From contig OZ246396.1 in the NCBI GenBank assembly GCA_965230905.1, positions 570,001 through 602,000 on the forward strand: 32,000 bases of DNA, given 5' to 3'. The translations under genes and the position numbers were made by a program. Within the stretch, counting starts at the first letter, position 1; every line of letters starts with the position of its first letter. The notes under the pieces were generated by a model. It ran no database searches. It was not told where the DNA came from and saw only the letters and a program-made list of their open reading frames with translations. This document shows positions 25,289-32,000 of this stretch, in pieces. The DNA is from Candidatus Saccharimonadota bacterium (GTDB taxonomy: Bacteria > Patescibacteriota > Gracilibacteria > UBA1369 > 2-02-FULL-48-14).

Positions 25289-25636
25289 ATGTTCGTTTCC
25301 AAAGACTTCACTTTCGACTCGGCGCACTTCCTGACTAAATATCATGGCAAGTGTGAAAACCTGCACGGGCATACTTATAAGTTGCGTGTGACGGTGGAAG
25401 GGCCGGTGGGCGAGGATGGGATGGTCATCGATTTTAAAGAGCTCAAAGCGCTCGTGAAGGACAAGGTTATTGATCGCTATGATCACCAAAACTTGAACGA
25501 CTTTTTTGAAAATCCCTCTGCAGAACTCGTGGTGATGAAGATTTGGGAAGATTTGGCGCTCGAGCTGCCGGTGAAACTTTATGAGATCACCCTGTGGGAA
25601 ACGGCGGAGAGTTTTGTTACTTACCGCGGCAACTGA
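25289..25636 (+). CDS. 6-pyruvoyl-tetrahydropterin synthase family protein (COG0720; QueD/PTPS-III type)
   Basis: 115 aa. FTFDSAHFLTKYHGKCENLHGHTYKLRVTVEG...VIDFKELK...DHQNLN is the PTPS/QueD fold with Zn-binding His residues. The active-site motif reads C-E-N-L-H-G-H. It sits between folP and folK. Confidence 0.9.
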   Translation: MFVSKDFTFDSAHFLTKYHGKCENLHGHTYKLRVTVEGPVGEDGMVIDFKELKALVKDKVIDRYDHQNLNDFFENPSAELVVMKIWEDLALELPVKLYEITLWETAESFVTYRGN

Positions 25637-26130
25637 TGCACATATTCTTAGGACTTGGAACCAACTTGGGCGACCGTGAAATGAATCTGGTTACGGCCAG
25701 GGATCTTTTGATGAAACACGACGTTTTGGTAGTGGGGCAGAGCAGTGTACTGGAAACGGCGCCGCTGGGTGGGCTGGACCAGCCGATGTATTTGAATCAG
25801 GTGGTGGAGTGCATAACGGAGCTCAGCCCGCAGGATTTATTTGTGGCCTGCAAAACCGTGGAAAGGGAAATGGGCCGCGAGACGAGTGTGCCGATGGGGA
25901 ATGTGGCGTTTGGCAGTGGGCAGAAGACGCCGTCGAAGTGGACGAGTCGAATCATCGACATAGACATTATTTTTTACGGAGAATGGATTGTGAATGAGCC
26001 GCAGCTTACTATTCCGCATGCCCGGCTCACGGAGCGGGATTTTGTGGTCGAAGGGGTTTTGGAACTTTCCCCAGACTTTGTCCATCCGCTTTTGAAAAAG
26101 CCGTTGAAAGCCCTGCGCCCTCAGGCATAA
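25636..26130 (+). CDS. folK: 2-amino-4-hydroxy-6-hydroxymethyldihydropteridine diphosphokinase (HPPK)
   Basis: The internal ATG at 25636 overlaps the PTPS TGA by 1 nt (TGATG). MHIFLGLGTNLGDR...SSVLETAPLGGLDQPMYLNQVV...EREMGRE...RIIDIDIIFYG...LTIPHARLTERDFVVEGVLEL is the HPPK pattern. Confidence 0.9.
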   Translation: MHIFLGLGTNLGDREMNLVTARDLLMKHDVLVVGQSSVLETAPLGGLDQPMYLNQVVECITELSPQDLFVACKTVEREMGRETSVPMGNVAFGSGQKTPSKWTSRIIDIDIIFYGEWIVNEPQLTIPHARLTERDFVVEGVLELSPDFVHPLLKKPLKALRPQA

Positions 26131-26137
26131 TGCGAGT

Positions 26138-26890
26138 ATGAATCCTAGACAACGCGAACTTCGGCTCGAAGCGCTCGAGCTCATTTCAAGAATGGGTGAG
26201 GGGAGTAGTGGACGCATGCTTTCGTCTATTGATTTGATTGAGGGGCTGTATTTTGGCGAAGAAAACGGGCGGCAGATTTTTAAGCACAATCCCAAAATGC
26301 CGCAGTGGGAAGAGCGTGATTATTTTGTCCTGTCTAAGATTGAGGCCTTGCCCGGTCTGCACGCGGTTTTGCAAAAAGCCGGGTACACCCTGCCGGAGGT
26401 TTTGCCGTTTTTCCCGAACCGAAAAGTGCCCGGGGTGGAGGTGACTACGGAGGAGCACGCGTATGGAATTTGCACGGCGGTGGGCATGGCGCAGGCCATA
26501 CAAATCAGCCGCCTGAACCAGCACGTGTTTTGTTTGGTGGGCGATTATGAACTGGATCATGGGCGGGCTTGGGAAGCGATACTGACGGCGGCGGAACGCA
26601 AGCTCGACCGGCTCTGTTTGATTCTTGATGAAAACAATCCCAATGACTATTTGTGGCAAGAACGCTTTGAGTCATTTGGCTGGAAAGTCATTAAGCTGCG
26701 CGACGCACACGACCACGATGAAATTGTCTACGGCTACATGAAAGCACGGCTTACTTTGCGGAAACCAACGTGCATTTGGGCGCCCACCAAAAAGTCCGCC
26801 GGCATTCCATTCGCGGAACGAAAAGGCGAATACGACGATGTGATTTTTTCCGACATGGAAATGCAAGAAATTCGAACCCTACTCGTATGA
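26138..26890 (+). CDS. Transketolase N-terminal-subunit-like protein with degenerate catalytic motifs
   Basis: 250 aa, colinear with split-transketolase N subunits (…ERDYFVLSK…PGVEV…GMAQA…VGDYELDHGRAWEA…LILDENN…FGW…). The conserved His/Gly positions are replaced: GEGSSGRMLS for GSGHPGGSLS, SKIEALP for SKGHAAP, GDY for GDG. It starts 7 nt after folK. Confidence 0.72.
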   Translation: MNPRQRELRLEALELISRMGEGSSGRMLSSIDLIEGLYFGEENGRQIFKHNPKMPQWEERDYFVLSKIEALPGLHAVLQKAGYTLPEVLPFFPNRKVPGVEVTTEEHAYGICTAVGMAQAIQISRLNQHVFCLVGDYELDHGRAWEAILTAAERKLDRLCLILDENNPNDYLWQERFESFGWKVIKLRDAHDHDEIVYGYMKARLTLRKPTCIWAPTKKSAGIPFAERKGEYDDVIFSDMEMQEIRTLLV

Positions 26891-27234
26891 TGCTGGATAT
26901 AAAACTCACTCAGCTCGGACTCAAAATTAAGAACCTCGTGGTACTCGATCTTACATTTCCCGCAGGCAAGTTTCCTGAGTTTAAAAAAGCTTATGATCAG
27001 CGTTACATTCACTTGGCCGGCCGCAAGGAAATGGCACTCGCGTTTGCGGGTGGGCTCAGTGCGTTTGGCAAAATTGTGCTTATTTATGGAATGGATAGCG
27101 ATGAGTGTGAGGTGCCCGACAGGACGTTGAATATTAAGCTCGTGGAAGAGGGCGTGGAGGGGACGTGGGAGATTTTTGAGGAGGAACTCAAGGCCTTTGG
27201 CCCTGCCGTTCTATTGATTCCTGAGGAAGTTTGA
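26887..27234 (+). CDS. Truncated transketolase C-terminal-subunit-like protein (115 aa)
   Basis: The internal ATG at 26887 forms an ATGA overlap with the upstream gene. LGLKIKNLVVLDLTFPAGKFPEFKKAYDQRYIHLAGRKEMALAFAGGLSAFGKIVLIY parallels the Pyr-domain start of split transketolases (…VVLDADL…F…P.RF…GIAEQNM…AAGLA..GK…). The protein is about one third of the normal length. Confidence 0.6.
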   Translation: MMLDIKLTQLGLKIKNLVVLDLTFPAGKFPEFKKAYDQRYIHLAGRKEMALAFAGGLSAFGKIVLIYGMDSDECEVPDRTLNIKLVEEGVEGTWEIFEEELKAFGPAVLLIPEEV

Positions 27235-27341
27235 GCGCGAACTTTTGACTACACCGTAAATAGGGTGTTCGGTCGAGCGGAAGTAGTTCCCTTCCAGGAG
27301 CTTTTTCTGTAGAATTTTCCTGCTTTAATTAAATCCACACA

Positions 27342-30300
27342 ATGAAATTTCTGGCACGCTGCTTTACTCATATACTTTTTGCTCTAGCGCTTTCTTTGTT
27401 CAGCGCAAGCATCGCCTCTGCGGCTGTGCGCACCTGGGATGGTGGGGGTTCTACGAACAACTGGAGTGAAGACGCAAACTGGTCCGATAATACCGAACCA
27501 GGAACCGGCGACGTCGCAACATTTGATGCTACGTCCACAAAGGCTGCAACCATTGATATCACGATTAGCGTTGGAGGGGTTGATATCAATACCGGATACA
27601 GTGGAACCATCACGCAAAGTGCGGCGTTGACGGTGGGTGGATCGAACTACGACCAAGCGGACGGAATTTTTACGGGTGGGAGTGCATCAGTGACATTTAA
27701 TGGAACATTTACACTTACAGGCGGTACCTTTACGCAAACAACGGGAACGACCACATATGCCGGAAGTTTTGCGCATAATACTGGCGGTACGTTTACTCAT
27801 AATTCCGGAACGTCAAAATTTACCGTATTCAGTGGTACGATAAACATCTCAGCAGCTTCTGCGGGTACGGAAACATTTGGGACGTTTACACTCGAAATCG
27901 ACCATAATAACTGTCTTTCCGTTGCCAGCGGTGACACGATTATTATCGCAGGAGACATGACCATTGTGAATGGTAACCTTTGTACGGGCACTGTTGAAAT
28001 TAAGGGAAATATTACCTGGGGAGCTGCCTCTGACGGTGCTGGAACTGATACGAATTTGCGTATTACCGGTACGGGGGATCAGACGATTACTTCCACGAGC
28101 GGTGCGAGCTTTCGTGGAACACACACTATTGATAAGGTGAGTGGAAATGTGTATTTGGGTTCGAACTATAGCCTGACTTCCGGAGCATTTGTGTTAACCA
28201 ATGGAACGTTTTATGCGCGTAATTCTGCAAACACAAATAATTATTCATTAACAAGTATAGGGAGCTATTCCCAGTCAGGTGGTACGTTTAACGGCGGATC
28301 TTCTACAATTTCTCAAGGAGGCTATACCACGTTTACGCTCTCGGGAGGTACGTACAGCCAGTCCAGCGGAACGACAACTTATGGCGGTAGTGGGTGGACA
28401 CATACGGCTGGTGGAACGTTCACTCACAATTCTGGTACAAGTTCATTTATTAACGGAAACGGTACGTTTAACGTTGATAATACGACTGGAGAGACATTTT
28501 ATCACCTCACTCTTTCTGCTTCGGGCGACAACAACGACAATAAAACCATTACTTCTGGCGACAAGCTTATTGCTGAGGGTAACGTCACTATTGATCAGGG
28601 GAGTTTTGATACGGGAACTTTGGAAGTTCGTGGGAACCTCACGTTGGGGTCGGGGGCGGACGATTCAAGCGCTCTCTTTAAGATTAATGGAACAGGCGAT
28701 CAAACCATCACTAAAAGCGGTGGTACGTTGAGTGGAGGCGTGACCGTAGATAAGGCAAGTGGCAGCGTGTATCTTGGTGCAAACTTTTCTTTGTCGAGTG
28801 CTTTTATCCTTACGAGTGGAACGATGTATTTGCGTGATTCCGGTGCAGTGACGAACTACTCGATGACATTGACCAGTACCTACTCTCAAGGAGGTGGAAC
28901 AATGAATACCGGTTCTTCGGCATTTTCTGTATCGGGGGCGTTTTCTCAGACAAGCGGTACGTTTAACGGAGGATCTTCCACGGTTGGGCATACGGGCACA
29001 TTCTCACTTTCTGGTGGCACGTACAGTCAATCCACGGGCACAACAACCTATGGAAGCACCTTTACACATACTGCTGGAGGAACATTTACGCATAATTCCG
29101 GAACAAGTTTGTTTAGCGGTTCGTCGTCGAGCATTGACGTTGGGACAACAGAAACGTTTGGTCATTTAACGATTAGTTTGACGGGGGGCCAAACAAAAAC
29201 GGTTGCTAACAGCACCACATTGATTGTTTCTGGTACCCTCACACTCACTGATGGAAGTGTTTCGCAGACAACGATTCCGACCGCAGGAACCATTTCTGCA
29301 CAAGGGAACGTTGTGGGCGCTTCTACGTATGACGGCGGTACGGGAAAACTCATTTTCTCCGGATCTGCAACGCAGACATTCGACCTTACTGGCGCGGCAG
29401 GCGTGTATAACGGAGATATTGCGGTGAATAAAGCGGGTGGTGCGGTTAACTTGCTTACTGCCCTAACCATGGATGCGAGCGGTCAAGATTTGGTTATTGA
29501 AGAAGGTACGTTTGATGTTTCTGGGTTTACGCTTTCGGTAACTGGCGCAGGAACGGAGACGATCATTGTGGAAACGGGAGGAAATCTCCAATTACAGGGC
29601 GGCGAAACCATTACGGGCGATAGCGCGAGCTACCCACAGTTAAATTCTGGATCAACGGTCACCTATGACGGTACATCTACCCCATACACACTCAAGGACT
29701 ACACCTACCATCACCTCACCATTGCGGGTGGAGCATCATCAGTATTTACGCTTGCCGCGAATGAATCACTTGGTGGAAACCTCACGTTAACCACGGGCAT
29801 TCTCTCGCAAGGTGGTTTCACGCTTGCGGTTACGGGAACGTTCAGCAATGACTCAACACTTCGTCGGTTCCAAAATGAAACGCTCACGGTAACCATGGAC
29901 ATCAACTCGGGTACCATTGAGTATGTGGGTGATGGAGATGGCAGCGCCGAAACGGTAACTCTTGCGGATCTAGGAACAACCGATTACTACAATCTCAAAA
30001 TTAATGACACCAATGTTACAAAAGATATTTTCGCGCTTGGAGCTGCGACGGTGATTGCGGGAACCTTGCAAGTCACCAGCTCAGAATTCCAGCAAGGTTT
30101 ATACGACCTAACAGCAGTGACGCTTCTTGTTGACGGCGGTACGCTTACCGGGAGTTCTTCCAGCTCATTCGTAATAACGGTATCGGGCAATGCGACGATT
30201 TCCTCAGGAACGGCCAATATCGGGGCTGCGGCAATAGATGTTTTTGGAACGCTCACCATTTCGGGCGGTACATATAACGGGAATACGTCTTGGGGACAAA

Positions 30301-32000
30301 TCATCAACCTTGCGCTTTCTTCGGGTGCCTACAATGGGAATACCTCAACGCCGACTCTTATTTTCGTCACGATTTCGGGCGGTACGTTCACGGCATCGTC
30401 TGCTACCACCACTGTGGGTGGAGACTGGACGCACACGGCTGGTGGAACGTTTGTTCATAACTCAGGAACGGTGGCCTTTACGGGAGGGGGCGCAAACATC
30501 AACGTTACAGAAACGGAAACCTTCTCGGGACTCACCATCAGTAAAGATGATAATACTCTAACGATCGCTTCTGGTGACACGCTGGTAGCAGAGGGAACAC
30601 TCACGTTGAGTAATGGCTATTGGCAAACGGGAACACTCGTTGCACAAGGAAACATTGTGGTGGGTGCTAGCTGGGATGCTGCAGGAGCTAGCACATTAAA
30701 CGTGACCGGAAGCGCGACACAAACACTTGACCTTTCCGCAGGTGCAGGACTGCTCGATAATCCTGTTACAGTGAACAAGGCTGGCGGAAGTCTTACTCTT
30801 GCCTCTGCCTACACGCTCGACCATGCGAATGCAGACTTTACGCTCACGCTCGGCACTTTCTCCACGGGCAACTTTACGATGACCACATCATCAGGATCAG
30901 ATATCGCGGTGAATGGCGGTACGTTCAACGCAGGTTCTTCCACCATGACTCTTGCAGGATTGATGACGGTTGCTGGCGGTACCTACAACGGTAACACCTC
31001 TTCCGGGACTACTTCTGGCGCCTTCCTTCTTTCGTCAGGTGCCTACAACGGCAACACTTCAACCCCAACATTCTCGGGAGGTCTCACTATTTCTGGTGGA
31101 GTGTTTACTGCAAGTTCAGGAACCATGACCGTGTCTGCGAATTTTGCTCACACGGCAGGAACCTTCACTCATAACTCAGGAACGGTTGCGTTCAACAACT
31201 CCGGAGTCACTTCTACTATTTCCGGGGACAGCACTTTCTATAATTTCACTTCCACTACGGCAAACAAACCCATCACCTTCACAGCAGGAACCACGCAAAC
31301 CGTTTCTGGATTACTCACGCTCACGGGAACTTCTGGCAATTTGATTGTTCTCCGCAGCACCGTTACGGACAGTGTTTGGAATTTGAATGTTTCCGGGACC
31401 AGTTCAGTGGATTATGTGAACGTTCGTGACTCCAATGCAGCCGGGGGAAATGCAATCACCCATGCGGTCGCCGCATCCAGGTCTGTTAACGTAGCGAACA
31501 ATACTAATTGGAGCTTCAATGCGGCGCCTACGGTGGCCACGGTTACGGCTGTACAAAGCAGCGCTGGAGATGGAGACATTACGATTACTTTCATCATGGA
31601 CGACCCAGACGATGACAACACTCTTCAGGGGAAAGTGGAATACAGTTTGAACGGAGGAAGCAGCTGGGCAGACCCTACTATCAGCACGACTGGCAGTGAA
31701 ACGTCTGCCACTTTTGGCGACCCTTCGGTGAGCAATGCAGCGACCTACCAAGTGGGACAAAGCGGTGCGTATATTTTAAGCTCCAGCGGCGCTAACACGG
31801 TTACTATTGTGTGGGAGTCTGCAACGGACATCGCCAGCTCTACTGATATTTCTAATGCTCGTATTCGTATTACGCCTTACGATGGCGTTGCGGAAGGCAC
31901 CGCCTCCAGCAGTTCCAACTTTACTTTAGATCGCGTTGGGCCAAGCGGACTTGCAAACTTTAGACATACCGATTTCTCAAATAGTCAGGTGGTTTTGTCT
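27342..32000 (+). CDS. Giant secreted Thr/Gly/Ser-rich beta-helix-type repeat protein (Pmp-like GGxF/FxxN motifs), 3'-truncated by the window edge
   Basis: Read codon by codon: ATG at 27342, then 1553 sense codons with no stop to position 32000. This is why it is missing from the ORF track. Signal peptide MKFLARCFTHILFALALSLFSASIASA|A is followed by VRTWDGGGSTNNWSEDANWSDNTEPGTGDVATFD. The motif (F/W)xHxxGGTF(T/V)HNSGT recurs five times. All track ORFs in 27368..31760 are antisense or out-of-frame shadows. Confidence 0.9.
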   Translation, partial: MKFLARCFTHILFALALSLFSASIASAAVRTWDGGGSTNNWSEDANWSDNTEPGTGDVATFDATSTKAATIDITISVGGVDINTGYSGTITQSAALTVGGSNYDQADGIFTGGSASVTFNGTFTLTGGTFTQTTGTTTYAGSFAHNTGGTFTHNSGTSKFTVFSGTINISAASAGTETFGTFTLEIDHNNCLSVASGDTIIIAGDMTIVNGNLCTGTVEIKGNITWGAASDGAGTDTNLRITGTGDQTITSTSGASFRGTHTIDKVSGNVYLGSNYSLTSGAFVLTNGTFYARNSANTNNYSLTSIGSYSQSGGTFNGGSSTISQGGYTTFTLSGGTYSQSSGTTTYGGSGWTHTAGGTFTHNSGTSSFINGNGTFNVDNTTGETFYHLTLSASGDNNDNKTITSGDKLIAEGNVTIDQGSFDTGTLEVRGNLTLGSGADDSSALFKINGTGDQTITKSGGTLSGGVTVDKASGSVYLGANFSLSSAFILTSGTMYLRDSGAVTNYSMTLTSTYSQGGGTMNTGSSAFSVSGAFSQTSGTFNGGSSTVGHTGTFSLSGGTYSQSTGTTTYGSTFTHTAGGTFTHNSGTSLFSGSSSSIDVGTTETFGHLTISLTGGQTKTVANSTTLIVSGTLTLTDGSVSQTTIPTAGTISAQGNVVGASTYDGGTGKLIFSGSATQTFDLTGAAGVYNGDIAVNKAGGAVNLLTALTMDASGQDLVIEEGTFDVSGFTLSVTGAGTETIIVETGGNLQLQGGETITGDSASYPQLNSGSTVTYDGTSTPYTLKDYTYHHLTIAGGASSVFTLAANESLGGNLTLTTGILSQGGFTLAVTGTFSNDSTLRRFQNETLTVTMDINSGTIEYVGDGDGSAETVTLADLGTTDYYNLKINDTNVTKDIFALGAATVIAGTLQVTSSEFQQGLYDLTAVTLLVDGGTLTGSSSSSFVITVSGNATISSGTANIGAAAIDVFGTLTISGGTYNGNTSWGQIINLALSSGAYNGNTSTPTLIFVTISGGTFTASSATTTVGGDWTHTAGGTFVHNSGTVAFTGGGANINVTETETFSGLTISKDDNTLTIASGDTLVAEGTLTLSNGYWQTGTLVAQGNIVVGASWDAAGASTLNVTGSATQTLDLSAGAGLLDNPVTVNKAGGSLTLASAYTLDHANADFTLTLGTFSTGNFTMTTSSGSDIAVNGGTFNAGSSTMTLAGLMTVAGGTYNGNTSSGTTSGAFLLSSGAYNGNTSTPTFSGGLTISGGVFTASSGTMTVSANFAHTAGTFTHNSGTVAFNNSGVTSTISGDSTFYNFTSTTANKPITFTAGTTQTVSGLLTLTGTSGNLIVLRSTVTDSVWNLNVSGTSSVDYVNVRDSNAAGGNAITHAVAASRSVNVANNTNWSFNAAPTVATVTAVQSSAGDGDITITFIMDDPDDDNTLQGKVEYSLNGGSSWADPTISTTGSETSATFGDPSVSNAATYQVGQSGAYILSSSGANTVTIVWESATDIASSTDISNARIRITPYDGVAEGTASSSSNFTLDRVGPSGLANFRHTDFSNSQVVLS
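27768..31184 (+). repeat. Diverged protein-level module repeats inside the giant ORF
   Basis: Anchor motif xxHxxGGTFxHNSGT at 27768..27812, 28395..28439, 29061..29105, 30426..30470 and 31143..31184, giving spacings of 209, 222, 455 and 239 aa. Secondary motifs recur in register: ETF(G/Y/S)xLT(I/L), SGD(T/K)(I/L)IAxG, (R/K)I(T/N)GTGDQTIT at 28056..28091 and 28677..28712, and DKxSGxVYLGxN(Y/F)SL. Copies differ heavily at synonymous sites. Confidence 0.85.

Noticed and set aside
27768-31184. Periodic recurring sequence that could be mistaken for a CRISPR-like or satellite array
   Set aside because: The recurrences are 600-1400 nt apart. They are conserved at the amino-acid level rather than the nucleotide level, and they lie in a single open reading frame. 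They are protein domain repeats.
27368-31760. About a dozen track ORFs (61-150 aa, mostly minus strand) across the last 4.6 kb
   Set aside because: They all lie inside the continuous plus-strand frame starting at 27342. That frame has a signal peptide and in-register protein repeats. The listed ORFs are antisense or off-frame shadows of a compositionally biased gene.

Overview
Gene-dense chromosomal segment, roughly 50-58% GC with three low-GC patches. TGA, TAA and TAG all act as stops, so the standard code applies. From left to right:
- a PadR-PspC envelope-stress pair with upstream membrane and lipoprotein genes
- pdxS and pdxT, split by a small low-GC insert
- a lipoprotein and two GT2 glycosyltransferases
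- tRNA-Trp(CCA), followed by a low-GC patch of orphan genes
- a divergent pair of SLH-anchored envelope proteins, one carrying a clear GH6 glycoside hydrolase domain
- two lipoproteins and a secreted propeller/repeat protein
- a DUF2339-like polytopic membrane protein
- a class B PBP with insertions, an M16 peptidase and ndk
- a compact folate cluster (folP, PTPS/QueD-family, folK), interrupted antisense by a low-GC PIN toxin cassette and followed by a degenerate split transketolase-like pair
- a 4.66-kb open frame (27342 to the window end) that is absent from the supplied ORF track because it has no in-window stop. It encodes a giant signal-peptide-bearing Thr/Gly/Ser-rich beta-helix-type repeat protein.

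Shine-Dalgarno motifs are essentially absent, and several genes have -10-like hexamers only 6-8 nt before the ATG. The overall style suggests an uncultivated small-genome bacterium, possibly CPR/Peregrinibacteria-like; that is inference only, since the window has no rRNA. No CRISPR array, rRNA, transposase or integrase was seen.

Most worth following up: the giant adhesin-like ORF, the transketolase-like pair coupled to folK, the PTPS that probably substitutes for FolB, the toxin cassette wedged into the folate operon, and the orphan patches at pdxS/pdxT and tRNA-Trp.
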